A stretch of DNA of 64,000 bases, taken from NCBI GenBank assembly GCA_964016885.1, contig OZ024760.1, forward strand, positions 4,898,001-4,962,000, written 5' to 3'. The stretch's first letter is position 1. Every line of letters begins with the position of its first letter. Under the pieces are notes generated by a model, which did no database searches, was not told where the DNA came from, and worked only from the letters and a program-made list of their open reading frames with translations. A program made the position numbers and the translations under genes. This DNA is from Eledone cirrhosa. Taxonomy: Eukaryota. Positions 11,182 through 22,687 of this stretch are shown piece by piece.

Positions 11182-11705
11182 TTGTTTCTACTTTTGGCAC
11201 AAGGCCAGCAATTACCCAGTGCATTACTGGTACTTTATTTTATCGACCCCCGTAAGGGTGAAAAGCAAAGTTAACCTCGGCGAGATTTGAACTCAGACCA
11301 TAAAGGACCGTAACTCTTTGCTGTAAAGCATGGCGTCCGACCCTCTACCGATACTGCCAATCCACTGCCCTAAAGGGTAATCATGATTTCTTATATAGGC
11401 ACAAGGCCAGCAATTTTGAGGGAAGAGAAAGTCGATTAAATTGACCCCAGTGCATGACTGGTACTTTATTTTGTCAACCCCGTAAGGATGAAAGGCAAAG
11501 TTAAACTCGGCGAGATTTGAACTCAGAACGTAAAGGGCCGTAATTTTATGCTGCCCAGCATGGCATCCGACCCTCTACTGCTACTGCCAATCCACTGCCC
11601 TAAGAAAGGTAATAATAATAGTAATGGTTTCTGATTTTAGGCCCAAGACCAGCAATTTTGGGGAGGGGAAAGTCAATTAAATCAATTCCAGTACGTTACT
11701 GGTAC
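11182..11705 (-). mobile_element. Tandem cluster of 2-3 MetaSINE copies
   Basis: Reverse complement of the 1312-1627 family (ggtactttattttatcgacccccgtaagg...tactgccaatccactgccc). Confidence 0.75.
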
Positions 11706-11873
11706 ACCTTCTGCATTGAAAGCTGATAGTAATGTAGTAAGCTCTGTAATACTTGGGTGTTGTTTGTAGCATCATCAGTTTGGATGTTGTTTCGTTGATA
11801 ACAATATTTATTTAAGGTGGTTATGAATTTGTTCTCTCTCTCACTCACTCATTCACTCACCTTTTCATTATAG

Positions 11874-11944
11874 AGAAAAAAGCCCTTCTAGATGATGACC
11901 CTGATGACATCTTTGCCTCCAGCTCCCTGAAAACCTCAACTAAG
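11874..11944 (+). CDS. WASHC2: WASHC2/FAM21 exon (EKKALLDDDPDDIFASSSLKTSTK)
   Basis: ttatag acceptor, phase 1 in, aag|gttggt donor phase 0; acidic DDIF motif. Confidence 0.85.
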
Positions 11945-12859
11945 GTTGGTCTTTTTTACTTTCATTTCTACTCTATAAATAAGTCCTCTGCTCTATATGG
12001 TGTGTTCCATATACAGTGTACCCCCGGCATTCGTGGTCCCAGTTATTCATGGAATTTTCCTTAGAACCTAACAAATAATTGTTCGAGGAAACTACCTCAT
12101 ATTCACGGAATCGTAAATATCTTCCACAATTTTTTAAATGGCTTTTTCATGGCAATATATATTTTTTTAACACTAAATTATTAATAACAATATACTGTAT
12201 TTGTCGGCCTATTGGACTCCCTTTTGTATAAAACACCCCCTTTTCTCCATGCAAGCATGGAAAATGGATGTTAAACGATGATGATGATAATAATATATAT
12301 AATCTATATTTTGAGTATATGTTGGTTGTTTACCGACACCTCAGTATGCAGATTGGAGCACTCGACGAAGTATGCAGGTTGGTTTGTTTACTCCAGAGTA
12401 ATGTAAAATAATTAAGTCAAATATGTAAAATTTGGCATCGTTTATTATCATTGGCTGTGACCTCTTCAGGCAGTCCGAATTGGTTTGGAAAAGAGAGGTA
12501 CACATGTTGTTGAAGTGTGTTTTACTCTGTCAATACATCGATATGTCCAGCTCCTGGGTGTGTTGTTATTCCTCCGAGGAACTGGAATCATATACACATA
12601 CATACATATACAACAGGCTTCCTTACAGTTTACTTCTACCAAATTTATTCACAAAGCATTGGTCTGCCCAAGGCTATATATAGTAAAAGACACTTGCCCA
12701 TGTGGCCACATGCCTACAGTGGTTGCAAAGTAAACTTCTTAACCTCCATAGCCATGCTTACACCTACTTGAGGGAATAATTTATCTTAAGTAATGACTAG
12801 TATTCATCTAAGCAACTTGTTGAAGAGTACACAGGTGGGTCTGATTGAAAGAATTGAGA

Positions 12860-13128
12860 GATTATAGCTCCGATACTATGGGTATGTCGTTAGAATATCT
12901 CAGGAAAGAATTGTTGAACAGATTTTATCGGCAAAACCAACTGGCAGGAGACCCAGAGGTAGACCCCGAGTAACATGGTTGGACAACATCCATGAGCTTG
13001 GTTGGTCTCACTTGGGGATCCAGCCTGATCAGTTGGAAACAGTTGCTTCTGACAAGACCTGCTGGAAGGAGTGTTTGAGGACTCTACGCACAGGACCCTT
13101 TCAAGAATAAGTAGGTGAAGAAGAAAAA
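12860..13128 (+). pseudogene. 3' fragment of a second RTE-like LINE family with (GAA)n tail
   Basis: LRYYGYVVR..KPTGRRPRGRPRVTW; related copy at ~60600-60870. Confidence 0.6.
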
Positions 13129-13208
13129 AACATGGTTCATCAATGAATATACCCCACATGCACCCCTTCTGGTGATACATAATATATATATGTGTGTGTA
13201 TATATGTA

Positions 13209-13240
<32 letters not shown>

Positions 13241-13560
13241 GACAATATGCCCCACACCCTCCCACTGCAAAATGGTCGTGGAGGTGCCACGGCAAAAAAG
13301 CACCCAGCCCACACTGTAAAGTGGATGTGTAGGCGCCACGGAAAAAAGCACCACAGCACTCACTGTAAATGAGGTTGGTGTTAGGAAGGGCATCCAGCTG
13401 TAGAAATCAAGCCAGAATCAGTTCCCGTATGAGCAAGACAAGGTCAGCCGACCAGACACTGCCCACAACAGGACAACCCATCTAACCCATGCTAGCATGG
13501 AAGAACGAACGTAAAACGGTGATGATGATGATGTATGTATATGTATATATATATATATAT

Positions 13561-13712
13561 AGGAAAATGTATGACCCCGACAGCAGAGCTGAAAGCCGTT
13601 TCGACGGCTATTTCCAGAAATAGCCTTCGAAATGGCCTGAGATCTGTCGTCGGGGTCATACATTGTCCTATTACCCACTCTACTACCCTAAGTATTGAGT
13701 ACTCCTTCGTTA
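13561..13712. mobile_element. Short palindromic PLE-pLTR derivative
   Basis: Arms 13561-13614 and 13617-13670; tail ttacccactctactaccctaagtattgagtact matches the PLE-2 pLTR end (reverse complement of ~5181-5215); TA-flanked. Confidence 0.75.
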
Positions 13713-13736
13713 TATATATATATATATATGTATCTC

Positions 13737-13780
<44 letters not shown>

Positions 13781-13783
<3 letters not shown>

Positions 13784-16700
13784 TCATCATCATCATCATC
13801 ATCATCAGGTTTAGCGTCCGTGTTCCACGCTTGCATGGGTTTGGACGGGGGTTTTCCCACTTGAGGCAAGAGTGGTTGTCTTGCTCGCATAGGACTGTCT
13901 GGCGGGTTTTCTACAGTTGGATGCCCTTCCTAACACCAACCACATTTACAGTGTGGGGCTGGGAGGTTTTTACCGTGTTGCCTACACGGCCACATTACAG
14001 CGTGGACTGTCTGGCGGGTTTTCTACAGCTGGATGCCCTTCCTGACACCAACCACATTTACAGTGTGGGGCTGAGAGGTTTTTACCGTGTTGCCTACACG
14101 GCCACATTTACAGCGTGGACTGTGTGTTTTTTGTCGTGACACCTACACGATCTCATTTGTTTCGGTCTGGATGTTGTGGGACCAACATAACTTTACATTG
14201 AAAGGGGCGGTGTGGGTGGGGTGGAGGTGGTGGGACGGGGGTGTGTTTTGATAGAGATGCCTACTGACTGTAGTAGGTTTTTACTTTGTATTTAGATAAG
14301 GCGGGTCTTCTCTATTACTGAGTACCGCCAAAGGTCTCGGTCCAGTGACATTGTCTTGGAGAGGTGTAAGCGTGTGAGGTCGGAATTTATCAGCTCGTCC
14401 CATGTTTTTCTGGGTCTGCCTACTCCGTGGCTACCGTCTATCTTTATTGCCCTGCACTTTGTTATACAGCTGTCGTCTTTCATGCGCATCACGTGACCGT
14501 ACCAACGTAGCCTTCTCTCGAGTAAACAACATCTGATCCCTCTTATTTCTAATTTTTTCCTTAGTTCGTTTATGCTTTGCCGTTCACGTATATTACTATT
14601 GCACATCCAGCGGAGCATGCAAGCTTCGTTCCTCTCTAGTCTGCGTATATCCTCTGCACACAATGCCCAGGTCTCACTGCCATGCAGCATTGCTGTTCGT
14701 ATGCAGGCATCGTATAACCTGCCTTTCATTTTTAGGGAGAACCCTCTAGCGGCTAATAGTGGTATAAGCTCTCTGAACTTTTTCCATCCAGTTCTGACTC
14801 TAGCTACTGTACTTTCAGAGCACCCTCCCCCACTGCTGATTTTGTCACCCAGATAACGGAAGCTGTCCACTATTTCTATAGAACCCTCTGCGCAATTGAA
14901 AGAGTTAGTATTCTGTGGGCACTTGCTGCTACTTATTGCACCAGAGCACCGGCCACATGTAAAATCTGTGTTCTTAGTTAGCTTACCTGTGATCCCACTA
15001 CATCTTTTATGCACCCATACTTTGCATTTGGGACATAAAATGGAGTTTCTACCTACGCCTTTCCTACACACTGAGCATGGCCATTTCCTGGAGGGGACCG
15101 GCGCCTTGTTTTCTTTCCTACAAACTAGAACTTTAGTCTTAGCCAGGTTAATTTTAAGGCCTTTTGATTCTAGGCCGTGCTTCCATGTTTGGAATTTCTT
15201 CTCTAGTTTGGTCATTGATTCAGCTATGAGCGTTAGATCATCTGCGTATAGGAGTTCCCATGGGCAGCCGGTCTTGAACTCCTCTGTTATAGCCTGAAGG
15301 GCAATAATAAATAGTAGGGGGCTAAGAACAGAGCCCTGATGGACACCAACTTTTACGCTAAACTCTTCACTATATTCGTTGTTAATTCTAACCTTACTGA
15401 CTGTTTCTTTATACATGGCTTGTATAGCTCTCACAAGCCATTCGTCAACGCCTAGTTTTCTAAGAGACCACCAGATAATGGAACGGGGGACTCTGTCGAA
15501 GGCTTTCTCCAAGTCGACGAAAGCTAAGTATAGGGGTTTACTTTTAGCTAGGTACTTCTCCTGTAGTTGTCGTACAATGAAAAGAGCGTCTGTGGTACTT
15601 TTGCCTGACACAAACCCGAACTGCATTTCATCTAGATCAATTCTCTCTCTGATTAGTTGCGCTATTACTTTTTCCGTGACCTTCATGACCTGGTCGATTA
15701 ATTTAATGCCTCTATAGTTACTCCTATCTAGGGCATCTCCTTTTCCCTTATAGCAGTTAACGATGATGCTGCTACACCATTCCTTCGGAACAACCCCATT
15801 CTGTACGACTTGGTTAACTATCCGGGTGACCATGGTGTGTCCCACCGAACCAGATGCCTTCAGCATCTCAGCAACTATTTCCGAAGGCCCAACCGCCTTA
15901 CCCGTCTTCATATCTTTGATTGCCTTACTTATTATACTACCTTCAACTAACACTGCTGGTCCCTCTATTGGGTCGATCTGGGGGAGACTGTCTTTCTCCC
16001 ATTTGTTCTCCTCATTTAGAAGCCTTTCGTAGTGACACTTCCAAGCTACCTTCTTATCAGCGTCGGTGATGGCAAGTATGCCATCATCGTTAAGTACACA
16101 CTTCTCCCCGACAATATCACGGTTTTCCTTGACACATTGCCTGGCAATCCTGAACACCTCACGTTTTTGGTCCTCACGTTGTAGAACATGCTTGAACTTT
16201 CTTTCCTCTGCTTCCCTTCTTGCGAAGTACACTTGTCTCCTAGCTTCCCTCCTGGCCACTTGATAGTCTTCTCTACTTCCCCCATCCCGCCATACTTTCC
16301 AAGCCTGCTTTTTGGCCTTAATTGACTCCTCCACCTTACTGTTCCACCACCATGTTACTCTCCTCCTACCTACAGGCCTGCTCCAGCCACAGACTTCGTC
16401 TGCCGCCGTCAGCAGGTTTGCTCTCAGGAATTCCCACTGTTCCTCTATATTATACGACTCTAATTGCTCTTCCTTACTGTCGAAAGCGTCAAGTAATATG
16501 CTTTGAAATTTATTTCTGGCTATGGGGTCATTTAGCTTCCATATTTTTCTCCTGAGGATAGTCCTCTTCCGCTGTCTAGTACGTCTCGTCCTGACTATGA
16601 GGTCGCTAATTATCAGTCTATGTTGGGAGGTGAATTCTTCATGGGGGTGGGATTTAGTGTTAACAACAGACACTCTGTCACGTCTTCTGGTAAGGATATA

Positions 16701-17441
16701 ATCTACCTGGCTTGTGTGTTCCCCCGATCTATAGGTGATCAAGTGATTGTCTCGTTTTTTGAAGTTAGTGTTACAGATAGTTAAGTTATTTGCGTCGCAG
16801 AATTCCAGGATTCTGGAGCCTTCCTCATTTCTAGTACCGAACCCATAGCCTCCATGGATTCCGTCATAGCCGTCACAATGTTGTCCAACGTGACCATTTA
16901 GGTCGCCTGCAATAACTATATAGTCACTGTCGGTTATTTGGGAGGTAGCGAGCATCAGTGTCTCGTAGAATCTGTCTTTTATAGCGCCGGGCAGTCCGGA
17001 TTGGGGTGCGTACGCAGATATTACTGTCACCGTAGTTTTATTGAGGACAAGTCTTATTTTAATTATTCTGTCGTTCACTCTATTTACGTCTATTATCTTA
17101 TCTGCCCACTTTTCTGCTACCATGATTCCTACCCCACCCAACCCATTGTCATTTCCCACCCAGAAAAGCTTATAGCATCGTTCTTTACCCACGATGAATC
17201 TAGCCGACCCTCCCCTCCACCTGGTCTCTTGAATACAACAAACATCGACCTCCTTACGTTCAAGCATTTCTACAACCTCGTTAGAGCGACCCTTTAAGGT
17301 GCCTACATTCATGGTACCAACTCTGAAGTTTTGGATTGCGTTTGGAGGGTGGGAGCGGTGGGGCGCGGGGGGGGGGGGGGCTATGTTAGCCATCCTGGGC
17401 CGAAACAAGGAGGAGTGCTTGCATTCTCGTCCACGAGGTGA
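13781..17441 (-). mobile_element. Near full-length RTE-clade LINE in a WASHC2 intron
   Basis: Single intact ORF, ~510-bp 3' UTR with internal ~48-bp repeats, (GAT)n tail, inserted in (TA)n. Confidence 0.95.
14292..17393 (-). CDS. RTE ORF: APE endonuclease + reverse transcriptase + internal PHD finger
   Basis: APE motifs GTMNVGTL, IQETRW, SAYAPQ, GDLNGH, VDYIL, SQH; RT motifs FVDLEKAFD, GVHQGSVLSP, YADD; C4HC3 at 14946-15077; first ATG at 17393. Confidence 0.92.
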   Translation of the reverse strand: MANIAPPPPAPHRSHPPNAIQNFRVGTMNVGTLKGRSNEVVEMLERKEVDVCCIQETRWRGGSARFIVGKERCYKLFWVGNDNGLGGVGIMVAEKWADKIIDVNRVNDRIIKIRLVLNKTTVTVISAYAPQSGLPGAIKDRFYETLMLATSQITDSDYIVIAGDLNGHVGQHCDGYDGIHGGYGFGTRNEEGSRILEFCDANNLTICNTNFKKRDNHLITYRSGEHTSQVDYILTRRRDRVSVVNTKSHPHEEFTSQHRLIISDLIVRTRRTRQRKRTILRRKIWKLNDPIARNKFQSILLDAFDSKEEQLESYNIEEQWEFLRANLLTAADEVCGWSRPVGRRRVTWWWNSKVEESIKAKKQAWKVWRDGGSREDYQVARREARRQVYFARREAEERKFKHVLQREDQKREVFRIARQCVKENRDIVGEKCVLNDDGILAITDADKKVAWKCHYERLLNEENKWEKDSLPQIDPIEGPAVLVEGSIISKAIKDMKTGKAVGPSEIVAEMLKASGSVGHTMVTRIVNQVVQNGVVPKEWCSSIIVNCYKGKGDALDRSNYRGIKLIDQVMKVTEKVIAQLIRERIDLDEMQFGFVSGKSTTDALFIVRQLQEKYLAKSKPLYLAFVDLEKAFDRVPRSIIWWSLRKLGVDEWLVRAIQAMYKETVSKVRINNEYSEEFSVKVGVHQGSVLSPLLFIIALQAITEEFKTGCPWELLYADDLTLIAESMTKLEKKFQTWKHGLESKGLKINLAKTKVLVCRKENKAPVPSRKWPCSVCRKGVGRNSILCPKCKVWVHKRCSGITGKLTKNTDFTCGRCSGAISSSKCPQNTNSFNCAEGSIEIVDSFRYLGDKISSGGGCSESTVARVRTGWKKFRELIPLLAARGFSLKMKGRLYDACIRTAMLHGSETWALCAEDIRRLERNEACMLRWMCNSNIRERQSINELRKKLEIRGIRCCLLERRLRWYGHVMRMKDDSCITKCRAIKIDGSHGVGRPRKTWDELINSDLTRLHLSKTMSLDRDLWRYSVIEKTRLI

Positions 17442-17687
17442 ATATATATATATATATCATCATTATTTTACGCCTGCTTCAAATCCCGCCGAGGTTAACT
17501 TTGCCTTTCATCCTTACGGGGTCGATAAAATAAAGTACCAGTAATGTACTGGGTAATTGCTGGCCTTGTGCCAAAAGTAGAAACAATTATTTTACGCCTG
17601 CTTTTCCCTGCTTACAAGGGTGGGATGGGTCCTCTTCAGCAAAACATCTCTCTATTTGTCACGGCCCTTTGTCATCTCCTTTGTGAG

Positions 17688-17716
17688 CATATATATATAT
17701 ATGTATGTGTGTGTAT

Positions 17717-17750
<34 letters not shown>

Positions 17751-17764
17751 GTATGTGTGTGTAT

Positions 17765-17796
<32 letters not shown>

Positions 17797-18046
17797 GTAT
17801 GTGTGTGTATATACACACACACACATATATATATATGTATGTGTGTGTATATATACACACACACATATATATATATATATGTGTGTGTATATACATACAC
17901 ACACACATATATATATATATATGTATGTGTGTGTATATATACACACACACATATATATATATATGTATGTGTGTGTATATACACACACATATATATATAT
18001 ATATGTATGTGTGTGTATATATACACACACATATATATATATATAT
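17688..18046. repeat. Compound (TA)/(TG)/(CA) minisatellite
   Basis: Repeated atatatgtatgtgtgtgtatatacacacacac units. Confidence 0.9.
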
Positions 18047-18083
18047 CTTCTTCCTCCTCCTTTCTATGTACTCCCTCTGCTAG

Positions 18084-18246
18084 TCAACAACCAAGAAGGA
18101 CAGCAGCACCAGAGTAAAGAAGAACATCACAGATGATGCTAATATATTCCAAGATGACACAGACATTTTCGCTGATCTCCCTGCAGCAAAGCCCAAGGAG
18201 AAGAAAACTGCAACAAAATCCAAGCCGTTATTTAAAGAAGACATTG
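18084..18246 (+). CDS. WASHC2: WASHC2/FAM21 exon (...NIFQDDTDIFADLPAAKPKEKK...PLFKEDI)
   Basis: ctag acceptor phase 0, g|gtatgt donor phase 1; acidic IF motifs. Confidence 0.85.
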
Positions 18247-18517
18247 GTATGTATTATATATAATCATTATGATAATTGTTTCTACTGTTGGCACAAGGCC
18301 AGTAATTACTGGTACTTTATTTTATCGACCTCATAAGGATGAAAGGCAAAGTTAACCTCGGCGGAATTTGAACTCAGAATGGAAAGGACCGTAACTCTGT
18401 GTCAAAGCATGGCGTCCGACCCACTACCGATACTGCTGATAATGTGTGTATACTTTATTCATATATATATATATGTGTGTGTGTGTGTGTAATCCAGAGT
18501 TACTATATATATATATA

Positions 18518-19407
18518 CAGGGTGCGGACGATATTTGTTCAATTTTCAACTGCTAATTTTATTCAAATTTTTTTTACTTCCGTTGTCACTCTTGTCTTCA
18601 TAAAAACAGTGACTATATTCCCATTATTTATTTTCAGAATAATTGATTATGAATAATTTTGAACCTCCAAATTTGTGGAAGAGACACAGAGTTCTTCTTC
18701 GAATCCGCACCGGGAGGACAAATAAGACCAGAAGATCAACTCCCAGAACAACAGGTGGCTCGCTGTCTCATCCAAAGACGTGCCCAGAGTCATATAGACA
18801 AAGTTTCCAGCGACAACATTGGTCTTAGGTGTCGTCAGCAGTCAAGGTGACGTCATGCCACCTCACTTCTTCCCTGAGGGCCTCAAGCTGAACACCGATG
18901 GCTACATCCGCGTTCTGAGCGAGGTAGTAAAGCCCTGGATCGATCAGGTAGCTGCAGGTAGGCTGTACGTGTGGCAGCAAGACTCAGCGCCTTGCCATAC
19001 CAGCCGAAAGACCCAAGCCTGGCTGTCAGAGAACTTCGTCGACCACACTTCACCTGACATCTGGCCTCCCAGCTCGCCTGATTGCAACCCCCTCGACTTC
19101 TTTGTGTGGGGCGCAGTGGAACGAGACACCAACAGATCTAGCTGCAATACGAAAGACGATCTGAAGGCCAGGATCACAAGTGCCTTTAGGGGCCTAAGTC
19201 GGGGGACAGTGATGAAGGCCTGTAGCTGGTTCCGAGGCCGCCTCGAGGCCGTCATCAAAGCCAATGGCGGGTTTCTCGAGTGAGATCGAAAGAACAAGTC
19301 ATGAAGACAAACTGACCCAAGTTTGATAAATAAATCTTAAAAAATAAAACTACTGTGTTATTTTTTCCTAGACAGTAATCTGGCGAACAGATATCGTCTG
19401 CACCCTG
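18518..19407 (+). mobile_element. Internally deleted Tc1/mariner-superfamily transposon, DD37D (maT) type
   Basis: TIRs CAGGGTGCGGACGATATTTGTTC / GAACAGATATCGTCTGCACCCTG with TA flanks; WQQDSAPCH...WPPSSPDCNPLD with 37 residues between D2 and D3; most of the N-terminal half deleted near 18713. Confidence 0.9.
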
Positions 19408-20380
19408 TATATATATATATACACATATAAATACATACATACATACACACACACACATATATATATATATATAAAGAGAGAGAGAGTTGGATAGGTCATC
19501 ACAGACCAAGTGAGTATTCAATCAGACCTCTCAGGTGGACTGGATGACTGCATTTTGCTTACATACATTCCAACACTTTACATAGTGCGCTGGGTGCATT
19601 TTATCATCACACCAGCACTAGGAAGGTCATCATGTTCTTGACACAACTGGAAAGTCCTCTCAATCCTTTGTTTGGCAAGGTTTCTAATGCTCTTCCTAAT
19701 GCCAACCACTTTATAGAGTGTACAGGTTGCATTTTCATCCTTCAACCAGTACTTGTTAGGTTGTTATCAACTGAACTGAAGAGTGATCTCTATCTCTAAG
19801 CTGCAGGATTTATTGTTTATTGAAGACAGACAAACGTCACCACTTTCTTTCCTATACTGTCAACATGCTGTGACACATACATAGTCACACATATGTTCTA
19901 AACCCATGCTAGCATGGAAGATAGACATTAAATATTTAGCTTGGAGATCAGTAAATCGCACCAGGTCGAGCCGTTACTTTTCTGCATTGAGAGATAACAG
20001 CTCCAATACTATAGGGAAGAACTTGGTCACATCACAGCCATGGTTAACCCTTTAGCATTTAAATCGGCCGTATCCAGCCAGAATTCTCTCACCTCTTTCT
20101 TTTCAAACTGGCTGTAACCTGTTATGGTATTGTTCTAAAAATAAATAACATCAAAATCTCATAGATTCGATATTATGTGAGATAATACAATAGTAAATAT
20201 AGAGTAATGTTAAAGGGTTAAGGATTGAAATCAGGGATAAGAAGTTGGGGTTGGAGTAGATAAGGAAGGATGACAAATGCGTTGAGGTTTAAGAGGTGTG
20301 TATGTGTGTATTAATATTACTGGTATGGGCACACTCAGGTGACGTTAAATGTCATTTTCTTCCAATTTTTGTTATCACAG

Positions 20381-20571
20381 ATGATATCTTTGGCGACGAC
20401 AGCCTGCTGCAAGGCAAGAAGAAAGTGGACAAGCCTGCTAAGAAAACGGAGAAGACAATGGCTGAAAAAGTTACCTCCCCTCTCTCGTCATCATCTCAAA
20501 AACCAACGTCGATATTCGATGACAACGATGACGACATATTTGAAGATCCGCTCAACATAATGAAACAGTGA
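20381..20571 (+). CDS. WASHC2: WASHC2/FAM21 terminal coding exon (...SIFDDNDDDIFEDPLNIMKQ*)
   Basis: atcacag acceptor phase 1; C-terminal IFDD..IF..DPLN signature of FAM21; AATAAA hexamers at ~20744-20761. Confidence 0.9.
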
Positions 20572-21114
20572 GCGGTTGTTGTTGTTGATGTTAATGATGT
20601 TGTTGTTAAAGATGATGATGGTGATAATTGTTTGATTGATTGATGATCCTGTCAACAGATCTAAAAACAGACCATTATTTTGTAGGTCCAACTTTAGAAG
20701 AGGCAGGACGTATGTTTTTTTTTATTAACTTATGAATCATGCAAATAAATAAACAAATAAATAACTATATATATATAATATATTTTAAACAAACAAACAA
20801 AAAAGGCATTGTTTTTTTTTTTTGTTTTTCTGTTTTTATTTTATTTTATGTAAGTATATATTTAACCCTTTAGCATTTAAGCTGGCCGTATTTGGCCAGA
20901 ATTCTCTCATCTCTTTCTGTTTAAACCAGCCGTAATCGGCCGCTCATACCTATGTTAAGGTATTGTTCTCAAAATAAATAACATCAAAATCTCATAGCTT
21001 CGATATTATGTGAGACAAAGCCTTTGTTGTGAAAATACAATAGTATATATAGAGTAATGTAAATGCTAAAGGGTTAATCAATTTTTTTTATTTATTTACA
21101 AATTCATGAGAAAA

Positions 21115-21522
21115 AGCCCCCTGTAAAGTGGTCGTGTAGGACACGACAAAAAGTGCCAAACCCACAGTAATGTGGTCGTGTAGGTGTCACGACAAAAAGT
21201 ACCCAGCCCAGACTGTAAAGTGGTTGTGTAGGTGTCACGACAAAAAATGCCCAGCCCAGACTGTAAAGTTGTCGTGTAGGTGTCACGACCAAAAGTGCCC
21301 AGCCCATACTGTAAGGTGGTCGTGTAGATGACACAACAAAAAGCAGCAATGACGCACAGTAAATGTGGTTGGAGGTAGGAAAGGCACCCAATCATAGAAA
21401 CCAAGCCCAAACCAGTCCTTTATGAGCAAGTCATAATCATCAGATCTGGCTTGTCTCACAACAGGAAAACTCGTCTAACCCATGCTAACTTGGAAAATGG
21501 ACATTAAACGGTGATGATGATG
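21115..21522 (+). mobile_element. RTE-3'UTR-related element with ~48-bp internal repeats
   Basis: Units cactgtaaagtggtcgtgtaggtgtcacgacaaaaagt ending in catgcta...gatgatgat; similar copies at ~13250-13535, 44122-44390, 48028-48467, 55533-55706. Confidence 0.7.
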
Positions 21523-21535
21523 TATGTACATACTC

Positions 21536-21568
<33 letters not shown>

Positions 21569-21571
<3 letters not shown>

Positions 21572-22687
21572 TAGCTCCTTCAACTGCGCAGAGGGTTCTA
21601 TAGAAATAGTGGACAGCTTCCGTTACCTGGGTGACAAAATCAGCAGTGGGGGAGGGTGCTCTGAAAGTACAGTAGCTAGAGTCAGAACTGGATGGAAAAA
21701 GTTCAGAGAGCTTATACCACTATTAGCCGCTAGAGGGTTCTCCCTAAAAATGAAAGGCAGGTTATACGATGCCTGCATACGAACAGCAATGCTGCATGGC
21801 AGTGAGACCTGGGCATTGTGTGCAGAGGATATACGCAGACTAGAGAGGAACGAAGCTTGCATGCTCCGCTGGATGTGCAATAGTAATATACGTGAACGGC
21901 AAAGCATAAATGAACTAAGGAAAAAATTAGAAATAAGAGGGATCAGATGTTGTTTACTCGAGAGAAGGCTACGTTGGTACGGTCACGTGATGCGCATGAA
22001 AGACGACAGCTGTATAACAAAGTGCAGGGCAATAAAGATAGACGGTAGCCACGGAGTAGGCAGACCCAGAAAAACATGGGACGAGCTGATAAATTCCGAC
22101 CTCACACGCTTACACCTCTCCAAGACAATGTCACTGGACCGAGACCTTTGGCGGTACTCAGTAATAGAGAAGACCCGCCTTACCTAAATACAAAGTAAAA
22201 ACCTACTACAGTCAGTAGGCATCTCTATCAAAACACCCCCCCGTCCCACCACCTCCACCCCACCCACACCGCCCCTTTCAATGTACAGTTATGTTGGTCC
22301 CACAACATCCAGGCCGAAACAAATGAGATCGTGTAGGTGTCACGACAAAAAAACACACAGTCCACGCTGTAAATGTGGCCGTGTAGGCAACACGGTAAAA
22401 ACCTCCCAGCCCCACACTGTAAATGTGGTTGGTGTTAGGAAGGGCATCCAGCTGTAGAAAACCCGCCAGACAGTCCACGCTGTAATGTGGCCGTGTAGGC
22501 AACACGGTAAAAACCTCCCAGCCCCACACTGTAAATGTGGTTGGTGTTAGGAAGGGCATCCAACTGTAGAAAACCCGCCAGACAGTCCTATGCGAGCAAG
22601 ACAACCACTCTTGCCTCAAGTGGGAAAACCCCCGTCCAAACCCATGCAAGCGTGGAACACGGACGCTAAACCTGATGATGATGATGA
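21569..22687 (+). mobile_element. 5'-truncated copy of the same RTE, near-identical to 13781-14910 and inverted relative to it
   Basis: ORF 21609-22187 matches the C-terminus of the 1038-aa ORF except the last residue (T vs I); 3' UTR and (GAT)n tail conserved. Confidence 0.95.

Noticed and set aside
17394-17441. HDV-like ribozyme at the RTE 5' end
   Set aside because: Only ~48 nt precede the ATG, the frame is open to the TA junction (possible slight 5' truncation) and no nested double pseudoknot could be drawn by eye
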